The notes: a model not told the origin generated them from the letters alone. Counted from the stretch's first letter, positions 1-7,812 are shown. The stretch: 38,268 nt of DNA from an uncultured Gammaproteobacteria bacterium (GCA_964496075.1 CAZBXB010000002.1:1-38268); one strand, 5' to 3'. Made by a program: numbers and translations.

Positions 1-1538
1 TGGTGTCTAAAAGGCACCCAATTCTGCTTAATATAATTATTTTCGTCAATTTTGATGCCCAAATGGGTGACGTGACCTTTGTATTCATCGTCGACATCAA
101 GATATATATAGTCGTCACTAATCTTGTAACCTTTTTTGTCTTTAGTGACTTTCCTAAATGGAGCTTCTAAAAAGCCGTATTTGTTGATTTTTGAATAGAG
201 AGCTAAATAGGTGACTAAGCCAATGTTTGGGCCTTCAGGAGATCTGACAGTACAAATTCGACCATATTGTGAACTATGAACATCTCTGATGGAAAAGGAG
301 GCTCTTTCACGGCTTATACCTCCAATACCAACGACAGTGACACGTCTAATTAGATCAACTTCGGAGAGTGGGTTGGTTTGATCAAGGATGGATGAAAGCT
401 GATTTGATCTAAAAAAACTATTTAAGGAGGAAACTAGAGGCTGGGGGTTGATCATTTGAGAAGGCAGAGGCATTTCTTTAGTGCTAATCAGAGTCATTCG
501 TTCTTTGACCATTCTTTCGAATCTTAAAAGGGCGGGCTTGAGGGCAATTTCAGAAACAATTTCACCAACTCTTCTGAGTCTTCGATTAGCAAGACTATCG
601 ATATCGTCTATTTGATGAACCTCACCTTTTTGAAGTTTAATAAGTCTTTTTATAGTATCAATAATGTCTTGTTGAAGAAGAATCCAGTTGTCGGGGTTGG
701 TATTGTCATCTTTTCTGTCAAATTTTTTGTTGATTTTATATCGTCCAACTTCACCCAGTTCATATGTTTTTAGATTGAAAAACCTTTCGGTGAATAGTTT
801 TTGGGCGTTTTCAATGACAGCTGGTTCGCCCGGACGTAATTTTTTGTAGAATTCAATTAAGGCCTCATCTTGGCTTTTGGTACTATCAGCCGCAATGGTA
901 TCTTTTATAAAATCGGAAAATTCGGAAACAAGTTGCTTGTCATTGTAGTCTGCCAAAGCTCTTAAGAAAACAGTAGCTGGTAGTTTTCTTCTTCTGTTAA
1001 TACGGGCAAAGATAACATTTTTGCGACCAACAAAGAATTCTAACCAAGCGCCTCTGACAGGTCTAAGCTCGGCATTGTAGAGGACTTTACCGGTTGATTT
1101 GTCTTGTTCGCCAGTAAAATAAATACCGGGGGATCTAACTAATTGGTTGATTATACCCCGCTCTATACCGCTTATAATAAAAGTGCCCTCTTGGGTCATG
1201 GTGGGGAGATTGAGCAAAAAGACGATTTCTTCTTTTTGTTGACCGGTTCTTTTATTGATTAGATTAGCTTTGACTCGAACAGGAACTGAATAATTTAAAC
1301 CTTTTTGGTGGCAATAATCGGGATCTTGACTAATGGGATCGAAATAAACATGGCTTAATTCTAAAATCCAGTTATTACCTGTGTAATCTGTGATTGGAGA
1401 AATAGACCTAATAGTGTCAGCAAAATCCTTTTCTAAAAACTGTTTCCATGAGTCGCGCTGGACCTCAATAAGATTTAATTTTGGAAGATTAGGGTACTTT
1501 TTACCCCAATTAATTCTTTTGGGAGATGTGCTGGTCAA
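1..1538 (-). CDS. rpoB: DNA-directed RNA polymerase subunit beta, N-terminal ~510 codons; the gene continues past the window start
   Basis: This ORF is absent from the ORF track because it has no stop inside the window. Hand translation of the minus strand gives LPKLNLIEVQRDSWKQFL, TQEGTFIISGIERGIINQLVRSPGIYF and RDVHSSQYGRICTVRSPEGPNIGLV, which are canonical RpoB N-terminal motifs. An in-frame TGA at 1590-1592 bounds the 5' end. No ATG or GTG is available before the conserved region; the candidate starts are TTG 1536-1538 or ATT 1560-1562. Confidence 0.93.
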   Translation of the reverse strand, partial: MTSTSPKRINWGKKYPNLPKLNLIEVQRDSWKQFLEKDFADTIRSISPITDYTGNNWILELSHVYFDPISQDPDYCHQKGLNYSVPVRVKANLINKRTGQQKEEIVFLLNLPTMTQEGTFIISGIERGIINQLVRSPGIYFTGEQDKSTGKVLYNAELRPVRGAWLEFFVGRKNVIFARINRRRKLPATVFLRALADYNDKQLVSEFSDFIKDTIAADSTKSQDEALIEFYKKLRPGEPAVIENAQKLFTERFFNLKTYELGEVGRYKINKKFDRKDDNTNPDNWILLQQDIIDTIKRLIKLQKGEVHQIDDIDSLANRRLRRVGEIVSEIALKPALLRFERMVKERMTLISTKEMPLPSQMINPQPLVSSLNSFFRSNQLSSILDQTNPLSEVDLIRRVTVVGIGGISRERASFSIRDVHSSQYGRICTVRSPEGPNIGLVTYLALYSKINKYGFLEAPFRKVTKDKKGYKISDDYIYLDVDDEYKGHVTHLGIKIDENNYIKQNWVPFRH

Positions 1539-1571
1539 AGGTTTCGAGTTTGGCTTTTTAATGGTAATAAC

Positions 1572-1591
1572 AAAAAGAGGCTTATCGCCTC
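1572..1591 (-). promoter_or_regulatory. Terminator-like hairpin in the rpoB 5' leader (possible attenuator)
   Basis: The minus strand reads GAGGC-GATAA-GCCTC followed by TTTTTG. This lies about 10 nt downstream of the predicted -10 box and upstream of the candidate rpoB starts. Confidence 0.35.
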
Positions 1592-1601
1592 ACGTCTTGC
1601 T

Positions 1602-1630
1602 ATTATATATATACAGTATATATAGGTCAA
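1602..1630 (-). promoter_or_regulatory. Sigma70-type promoter for rpoB
   Basis: The minus strand reads TTGACC (1630-1625), a 17-nt spacer, then TATAAT (1607-1602). This is a near-consensus -35/-10 pair in the 100-nt gap upstream of rpoB. Confidence 0.6.
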
Positions 1631-1637
1631 CAAGTAA

Positions 1638-2246
1638 TTATAGACTGGGTGTAATTTGGATACAGTCTTTTTCAGTACAAGTAATTTGTGGTCCGGAGTC
1701 GCCTTCAAGACAAGTACAGGTATTACAGTCATCCTGAGAAGGAACCGTATCACCTACCTGATAGATTATATCATTGAGATCACAAACTGAGTCGGTCTGT
1801 GTTGGGACATCGGTTGGGTTGACGGCAGTGGTGGGGACCGGTGCTGTCGGCGACTGACCGGCAGGGCTAGATAGACTACTGGTACCAGCTTGCTGAAGAG
1901 TTAAATAATCTTTGACTAAAAGCCCAACTAAAACAAGAAAGACTAGAGCTGAGATGTAAAAAAGATATTTAAATAAATTAAATTTTTTCTTGGGTGGTGG
2001 AGGCTCTGGAAGTGGATCCGGCTCGGGTGGTGTAGATGAAGGCAGTTCGGTTGTTGGAGATAAAGGAGGTGTGGGTGGTAGTGGAGGAATGGGTATATCA
2101 AGATTGGGTTTGGCTGGGTTTTTGTCTAACTCCTGGCTATATTCATCTAAAATTTGCTGATATTTTTGCTGATCTTCTGATTTGACTTCAGAAGTTTGAT
2201 CAGGAGCTTTGGTATCGATGATTGGGTTGGTGTCATTTGTATCCAT
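1638..2246 (-). CDS. Bitopic membrane protein with an acidic/Pro-rich N-terminal region, one TM helix and a C-terminal six-cysteine pacifastin/VWC-like module
   Basis: This is the track ORF 1638..2252; ATG at 2246 is preferred as the start. The TM helix is YLFYISALVFLVLVGLLV. The C-terminal module is VCDLNDIIYQVGDTVPSQDDCNTCTCLEGDSGPQITCTEKDC, which follows the pattern C-x18-C-N-x-C-x-C-x2-G-x7-C-T-x3-C. Confidence 0.7.
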   Translation of the reverse strand: MDTNDTNPIIDTKAPDQTSEVKSEDQQKYQQILDEYSQELDKNPAKPNLDIPIPPLPPTPPLSPTTELPSSTPPEPDPLPEPPPPKKKFNLFKYLFYISALVFLVLVGLLVKDYLTLQQAGTSSLSSPAGQSPTAPVPTTAVNPTDVPTQTDSVCDLNDIIYQVGDTVPSQDDCNTCTCLEGDSGPQITCTEKDCIQITPSL

Positions 2247-2251
2247 AATCA

Positions 2252-2280
2252 ATAATGGCAGATTTTAGGAGATGATTCAA
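2252..2280 (-). promoter_or_regulatory. Promoter placed for a leaderless transcript of the 1638..2246 gene
   Basis: The minus strand reads TTGAAT (2280-2275), a 17-nt spacer, CATTAT (2257-2252), 5 nt, then ATG (2246). Confidence 0.45.
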
Positions 2281-2293
2281 TAGATTAAATGTT

Positions 2294-2302
2294 TGATAAA
2301 AT
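2294..2302 (+). promoter_or_regulatory. Extended -10 promoter placed for a leaderless miaB-like transcript
   Basis: TGaTAAAAT lies at 2294-2302 and is followed by 5 nt (cggga) and ATG at 2308. Confidence 0.45.
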
Positions 2303-2307
2303 CGGGA

Positions 2308-3432
2308 ATGAAGAGATTTTATATTAAAAGCTTTGGTTGTGTTCAAAATACGGTTGATGCTGAATTGATTGAACAAATCTACTTAATCAAGGGCTACCAA
2401 AAAGTTGATAGTTTTTCTGAAGCTGATGTAGTCATAATTAATAGCTGTGTAGTAAGGGAATCGGCCGAAAATAGAGTTTACGGACTAATAAATGAAATAG
2501 AAAAGTATGCCAGGAAGAAAAAAAGAAAAATTGAAATAGTAGTAACCGGTTGCCTGGTTGGCTGGAGTGACAAAAGCAAAGCCAAAAAAAGAAGCCTGAC
2601 TGATAGTTTTTCCCGAATTTCGTTTGTATCTTTGTCTAAATTAACGGGGAGTGAAGGTAAGACGGCCATAATAGACGAGACGGGGTTATTGTCGATAAGT
2701 TTTGGTTGTAATAATTTTTGCTCATACTGCGTGGTACCAATGGCGCGTGGTTCGGAAAAATCACGAGAATTTAATCAAGTTATAAGTGAGGCTAGGCAAA
2801 TAAGGCTAAAAGGGGTAAAACAAATATTGTTAATTGGTCAAACCGTCAACTCATATGGAGCTGATTTAGTAAGAAAGAGAAAAGAGTTTAAACTTCCAAG
2901 CGGTAAAACCGTTAAAGTGGTCATGGTTAAATCGATGGGCAAGGCAAGGATTCCGACACTATTCCCTTATTTACTAGAAGAGGTAAGTAAAATGGGTTTT
3001 GAAAAAGTATCCTTCGTATCCTCAAACCCATGGGATTTTTCTGATGAATTGATTGAAGTTATTGCCAAAAACAAGAATATTGATCGACTGATACACTTGC
3101 CTATCCAATCCGGCGATGACGAGATTTTGGCAAAAATGAATAGAGCTTATACAGTTAAGAAATACTGCGATCTTGTAGTTAAAATCAGAAAACACATTCC
3201 CGGAGTAAAAATTAGTACTGATATTATCATCGGCTTTCCAGGTGAGACTGATGACATATTTGAAAAATCATTTAATGTTTACAAAAATATTGGATTTGAT
3301 ATCGCATATTTAAATAAATATTCACAAAGAGTTGGAACTGTGGCGGCTAAATTATATGAAGATAATATTTTGCAATCGGTCAAGAAAGACAGATGGACTA
3401 GACTAAATAAATTAATTAATGAAAAGGCCTAG
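2308..3432 (+). CDS. MiaB/RimO-family radical-SAM methylthiotransferase, apparently lacking the C-terminal TRAM domain
   Basis: The N-terminal MTTase cysteines are present (FGCVQN, NSCVVRE, VTGCL). The radical-SAM motif is GCNNFCSYCVVP. The ORF ends about 374 aa in, right after the radical-SAM core. The track start is TTG 2293; ATG 2308 is preferred. Confidence 0.85.
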   Translation: MKRFYIKSFGCVQNTVDAELIEQIYLIKGYQKVDSFSEADVVIINSCVVRESAENRVYGLINEIEKYARKKKRKIEIVVTGCLVGWSDKSKAKKRSLTDSFSRISFVSLSKLTGSEGKTAIIDETGLLSISFGCNNFCSYCVVPMARGSEKSREFNQVISEARQIRLKGVKQILLIGQTVNSYGADLVRKRKEFKLPSGKTVKVVMVKSMGKARIPTLFPYLLEEVSKMGFEKVSFVSSNPWDFSDELIEVIAKNKNIDRLIHLPIQSGDDEILAKMNRAYTVKKYCDLVVKIRKHIPGVKISTDIIIGFPGETDDIFEKSFNVYKNIGFDIAYLNKYSQRVGTVAAKLYEDNILQSVKKDRWTRLNKLINEKA

Positions 3433-4385
3433 AGATACTGGGAAATGTTTTGGTTGTGTTCTTCAAGTGTAGTGGCAAAATGCATTTTATTATCATTGCC
3501 GGTAATGTAGTAGATATAATCAGATTCGGTCGGGACAAGGGCGGCATAAATTGAATCGTAGCCAGGATTGCAAATAGGAGTGGGAGGTAAGCTTGGATTT
3601 TTGTAGGTATTAAATGGAGAATCAATTGACAGATTGGCTTTGGCGATTGGCTGCCAATAACTTTGAGGAGAAGACTGACTATCCAAGGCATACTGAACTG
3701 TGGCGTCAACTTGAAGAGGCATACCAAGCTCTAAGCGATTATAAAGAATGCCGGCAACCATTTGCTTTGACTCAAGAGTGCGAGCTTCTCTCTCAACTAA
3801 GGAAGCCAAGATAATGGCTTCTGTTTGGCCAACTTTTTTGGTGGTGTTATCGAGAGCTTTTAAATATTTTTGATCAAAGTTTTGTTTGGTCTGCTTTATA
3901 AAAAAATCTATATCCTTTGTTTGAGGAATCGAATAGGTATCGGGAAAGATGTAGCCCTGGCTATTTTTGGCCATATAAAGAAAAGATTTGGCATCAAAAA
4001 AGTTGTTTTCTTCTAAATAAGAAGCAATTTCCTCGTTTCGCCAACCTTCGATGATTTGGATCCACATGTCATGACTACCACCAGTAGCCAGAGATCTAGC
4101 TATTTGTTGATTGTCCATAGAAGTGTCTAGATTGAAACTGCCAGCTCTAAGTTTGTCATGGAGACCAAGAAAGTAAGTGTTTAATTTAAAAACTAAACTA
4201 TTTTTTACTAATTCGTTTTGCTGGAGACGGGTAGCAATGCTATCAAGACTGTCACCTTTGTTTATTACAAAAACTTTTGTCTGAGATGTAGAAGAAGGCG
4301 AAGAAGAGCTGACTAAATAAAATACAAAAACAGATAAGCAGACAAGAGTAAAAAAGGATAATAAAAAGAGTAAGGCTTTTTTCAT
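3429..4385 (-). CDS. mltG: Endolytic murein transglycosylase MltG (YceG family)
   Basis: There is an N-terminal TM helix. YceG-like motifs are present: GYIFPDTY, ASLVEREA and NTYKNPSLPPTPICNPG. Confidence 0.9.
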   Translation of the reverse strand: MKKALLFLLSFFTLVCLSVFVFYLVSSSSPSSTSQTKVFVINKGDSLDSIATRLQQNELVKNSLVFKLNTYFLGLHDKLRAGSFNLDTSMDNQQIARSLATGGSHDMWIQIIEGWRNEEIASYLEENNFFDAKSFLYMAKNSQGYIFPDTYSIPQTKDIDFFIKQTKQNFDQKYLKALDNTTKKVGQTEAIILASLVEREARTLESKQMVAGILYNRLELGMPLQVDATVQYALDSQSSPQSYWQPIAKANLSIDSPFNTYKNPSLPPTPICNPGYDSIYAALVPTESDYIYYITGNDNKMHFATTLEEHNQNISQYL

Positions 4386-4582
4386 TAAATTTCGTCAAAG
4401 AGAGCTCTTCGGTAGCTGTTTTTTTGCTTATTTTTGATAAAGATACGACCGCATTGACAAGTGACGGTGGTCTGACCTTTAACTTTTTTCTTTTTACCTT
4501 TAGCAAGTGGTGTACCACAACCAACACAGCGTCCTTGAGATAAAAGCCAAGCTTGAATTGGGGAAATTAAGTTTTTTATCAT
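4385..4582 (-). CDS. Small basic zinc-ribbon protein
   Basis: The 65-aa product carries CVGC...CQC cysteine pairs. Its stop overlaps the mltG start (TAATG), and it sits between ruvX and mltG in the same orientation. Confidence 0.55.
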   Translation of the reverse strand: MIKNLISPIQAWLLSQGRCVGCGTPLAKGKKKKVKGQTTVTCQCGRIFIKNKQKNSYRRALFDEI

Positions 4583-4597
4583 ATTTTTTAATAATTA

Positions 4598-4981
4598 TTA
4601 AGCGAGGGCGCGCCTTAAAATAACGGCGGCTGAAATGGCATCAATTTTTTGTTTGTAATCTTTCTTCTTGCCCTTGTTATTAAGGTATATTTGAGTTGCC
4701 TCAATGGTAGAGACTGTTTCTTCAACTGTCTCTACAGAACATTTTAACATGGTAGATAGCTTGTCTACAAAGTGTTTTGTCTTGAGTGCGAACTGGCCCG
4801 TCGACATACCGACATACACTTTTGATATTTGGTATTCATCAATGACAGAGATAATGTTTTTGTAAATATCCGGGTTATTTTCGACCACAGATAGAGGTGA
4901 AATAGCTCCTAGAATGGAAATTGCCAGACCGATATTTTTAGTACCGTAATCAATGGCTAGACAATTTTTTTTAGATATCAA
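4598..4981 (-). CDS. ruvX: YqgF/RuvX-family putative pre-16S rRNA nuclease (Holliday junction resolvase-like)
   Basis: The N-terminus CLAIDYGTKNIGLAIS and the C-terminal DAISAAVIL are typical of YqgF. The product is 127 aa. Confidence 0.88.
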   Translation of the reverse strand: MISKKNCLAIDYGTKNIGLAISILGAISPLSVVENNPDIYKNIISVIDEYQISKVYVGMSTGQFALKTKHFVDKLSTMLKCSVETVEETVSTIEATQIYLNNKGKKKDYKQKIDAISAAVILRRALA

Positions 4982-5705
4982 CTATTTTTGCCTTAATTAT
5001 TAAACGTCTAAGATAAGTTCCCGGCGGACTACAGGTAATTATACTTAAAAATCGACCATCATAGCGTTGTTCTAAAACTGTTAAATCAGAGGGTGGGACT
5101 TCAAACATTTGCTCAACCACGTATTTGTAATTGACGTTATCGTAATCAACAAATATCTCATCACCTTGGTCGAGCTTATAAAGGGTGGAGAATATGGTCA
5201 GATATGACTTTGGATTAAAAAACTGGGGCAAAACTGAATGGCCAAAAATTACTGTATTGCCAAGTTGACCAGGAGTAGCAGTGTTGGGATAGTGAACCAG
5301 GCTTTTTTTGAGATCATCGCCACCAATAACCACTTTGGCCTGGTCAATTTTTAGCTTAGGTATGGAAATAGTATAGGGTTGAAGTGAGGCAGAAGTATTT
5401 TGGCTTAAATCGGCTTGGCCATTTTGAACAAACCAGTTACTAAGATGAGTGTAATCAGTGTCGGTTTGGCCCAGTAGAGTGCCTTGATTGTAAAATTTAG
5501 TTGATAAAGGAGACAATATTTGACTAAATTGACCGGTGTATTTTAAGGAAAATGACAAAATTGGGTAGATGGCTGAGCTAAGTAAAACTATGCCGGCGAC
5601 AAATAAAAGGATGGCTAACTTTTTCTTGGTTGCTTTTGTTAATCGCTTTGAAAAAGAAGATTTGTCGGTAGGAGAATGGCCCTTTTTAAGATAGACATAG
5701 CTCAT
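4971..5705 (-). CDS. Sortase-family transpeptidase with an N-terminal membrane anchor
   Basis: The TM helix is LAILLFVAGIVLLSSAIYPIL. The catalytic residues are present: His in VIFGHS, Cys in IITCSP and Arg in RRLIIKA. Confidence 0.88.
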   Translation of the reverse strand: MSYVYLKKGHSPTDKSSFSKRLTKATKKKLAILLFVAGIVLLSSAIYPILSFSLKYTGQFSQILSPLSTKFYNQGTLLGQTDTDYTHLSNWFVQNGQADLSQNTSASLQPYTISIPKLKIDQAKVVIGGDDLKKSLVHYPNTATPGQLGNTVIFGHSVLPQFFNPKSYLTIFSTLYKLDQGDEIFVDYDNVNYKYVVEQMFEVPPSDLTVLEQRYDGRFLSIITCSPPGTYLRRLIIKAKIVDI

Positions 5706-7789
5706 ATTTCTGATTTGATTACCAAATTGATGTTTGATTTAAGTATGGGTAAAAAAGGTAGAGGGCCAAAAGGAGAGTTTGATCTTAGATTAAAATCGTA
5801 GGCTCTTTGAATGTTTGAGTGCAAGATATCAACAAAACGGCGATTGCTTTTTAAGGTAAGGAGTTGTCTGATAAGGTCAAAGTCAATTTGAGGACTGGCT
5901 TTACCGGTAATATTAAGATTTCCCGATAAATCTTGTTTGGAAATAAAGTCAAACATTAACTGTGAGTTGACAATATCAATGGCCTGTTCAAATTCAGTTG
6001 ATTTTGAGACAAAGTCGATAATACTGGCAATTTCATCTGGATTTAGGCTGTAATAACTAACAATAGCCTCCATGCTGGCATCAAGAGTATCTGCTTGTTC
6101 TCCTATTTCCCGACTATATTCAATATTGCTCTGTTTAGTGGTAACTGTTGATTTTAATAAGTATTGATTGGACTCGTCGGGTTGACCGGAAGATAAGTTT
6201 TGGTCGACTTTTTGTTTAAGTCTGTCTTCCAAAACCTGTTGATCATCTTTAGCAACACTTTGGACTTGTCGACTATTGCCACCGGCAAAAGAGTCTTGGA
6301 CCCTGGCAATCAATTGAGTCTCGTCGAAACTGTCAACAAACAGAACCGTGTTTTCGACTATATTGCCTTGTTGACCGATATCGCTAGCTTCGGAAACGGC
6401 CACTGTCTTGCCCATGGCAATTAAACCCTGATCCAGATTAAGAGAACTGGCGTCAATTTGAATATCGTTTAAAAGTTGAAAACTAATACCCGAGTCGGTC
6501 TTTAATATTTGGCCGGCTGAAAGATTAACAGCTTGATCTGTTTTGTTAAAAATAACAATTTTACCTTGAGCCTCGTCTCCAACAGTAATACTGCCGGTGG
6601 TATTAATCTGATCTTGAATAAGAAGTTTATTTTCTGCTAAAACAACGGCGATAATATTTTGGTCAAACTGGGAAGAACTTATGTCTGGGTCTATGGTTAC
6701 AAGTTTGGTTAGATTAAGATCAAGAGGAGTAACAAAAACATCGATATTTACTTTGTAAAAAAATATAAAAAGAAGAGAGGGAATTAAAATTACTAAAGGA
6801 ATAACAAAATAAAACCACTTGGTCGGTAATTTTATTTTGGGTAATTTAAAGTTAAATTTTTTTTGAGTTGGTGGGGGTGAAGCAGGGGTGGGTGCGTCAA
6901 CTTGGACCGGGACGAAGTTGTCAAAAGTATCTAATTGAGCAGCTTCGGCCTGTTGCAAGTTTGATGAAAAACCGAGATCGGAAGGACTAAGCTGGTCAAG
7001 GGTATGATGGTCATCTAAATCGGCTATTTCTTGGTCTGGTTCGGGTTCAGTTGTATCAGATATGTCTGGTGTGAAAGTGTCGTCTTTGATTAACTGAGAG
7101 TTAATTGTATCTAAAAATATATTGTCTATCTGTTTTTGATCAAAAAAGACAATGTCAGGAAAATGAAGAAAAACATCTTGTTTGTCTTTATCAACCCAGG
7201 CGTAGTTGTTAAAATCCAAAACAGTTTGACGAGAAAAATCACCCCAGACAAATATTTTTGGAGTCGGAGAAAAATCATCTTTGAGTCTAACGATGATATT
7301 TTCACAAATTAGAGGTATGCTGTCGGCCGTATCTATGTCCTGAGATAGCCTTTTTTTGATAATACCCATGTCCGAAAGAGAAACAGTAACCTTGTTAGCT
7401 GATAGGTCTATAAGAATCGGACTGGAAGGAACGCCTTGTTCTTGATTGAAATAATCTAAAACCGCTTCATCTGAGGATATAAAACCTAAGGGCTTAAGAC
7501 TATGTTTTTGACAGAGACCACTAATTAGTTGGTTTTTGGATTTGTTGATTTTACCGTCAGAATCGATCCAGGCATAGGGTAAGACAAGAGCAATTAAGTC
7601 CGGTTTTTGGCTAGAAGATGGTAATGTTTCCGCAAGGGACTGGTCAAAACTAAGCAGTAAGCTGTCACTATCAACAAAGTTACTAATTTGAGAAGTTGCT
7701 AAAATGTCGTGGCCCTTGCCGGTGGAGACAAGCAGAGTCTTGATAGTGTCGGAATGACCGAAAACGACAATAAGAATATTTTGACTCAT
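5702..7789 (-). CDS. Hypothetical 695-aa bitopic membrane protein with a cytoplasmic N-domain, an acidic/Pro-rich linker, one TM helix and a ~350-aa extracytoplasmic domain
   Basis: This is a long uninterrupted ORF. Its TGA stop overlaps the sortase ATG (ATGA at 5702-5705). The TM helix is WFYFVIPLVILIPSLLFIFFY at aa ~325-345. I recognise no family motif with confidence. Confidence 0.75.
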   Translation of the reverse strand: MSQNILIVVFGHSDTIKTLLVSTGKGHDILATSQISNFVDSDSLLLSFDQSLAETLPSSSQKPDLIALVLPYAWIDSDGKINKSKNQLISGLCQKHSLKPLGFISSDEAVLDYFNQEQGVPSSPILIDLSANKVTVSLSDMGIIKKRLSQDIDTADSIPLICENIIVRLKDDFSPTPKIFVWGDFSRQTVLDFNNYAWVDKDKQDVFLHFPDIVFFDQKQIDNIFLDTINSQLIKDDTFTPDISDTTEPEPDQEIADLDDHHTLDQLSPSDLGFSSNLQQAEAAQLDTFDNFVPVQVDAPTPASPPPTQKKFNFKLPKIKLPTKWFYFVIPLVILIPSLLFIFFYKVNIDVFVTPLDLNLTKLVTIDPDISSSQFDQNIIAVVLAENKLLIQDQINTTGSITVGDEAQGKIVIFNKTDQAVNLSAGQILKTDSGISFQLLNDIQIDASSLNLDQGLIAMGKTVAVSEASDIGQQGNIVENTVLFVDSFDETQLIARVQDSFAGGNSRQVQSVAKDDQQVLEDRLKQKVDQNLSSGQPDESNQYLLKSTVTTKQSNIEYSREIGEQADTLDASMEAIVSYYSLNPDEIASIIDFVSKSTEFEQAIDIVNSQLMFDFISKQDLSGNLNITGKASPQIDFDLIRQLLTLKSNRRFVDILHSNIQRAYDFNLRSNSPFGPLPFLPILKSNINLVIKSEI

Positions 7790-7812
7790 AAATAAGCATA
7801 CAACACAAAGGC

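Noticed and set aside
1606-1624. The palindrome TATATATAC-a-GTATATATA upstream of rpoB as a possible operator.
   Set aside because: It is simply the alternating TA spacer between the -35 and -10 boxes. A (TA)n run is self-complementary by construction, so there is no independent evidence for a binding site.
1390-1753. Track ORFs 1390..1737 (+) and 1535..1753 (-), which span the rpoB start and promoter region.
   Set aside because: They overlap the hand-translated rpoB N-terminus, the promoter and the end of the Cys-knot gene. They have no motifs and cross an obvious intergenic promoter.
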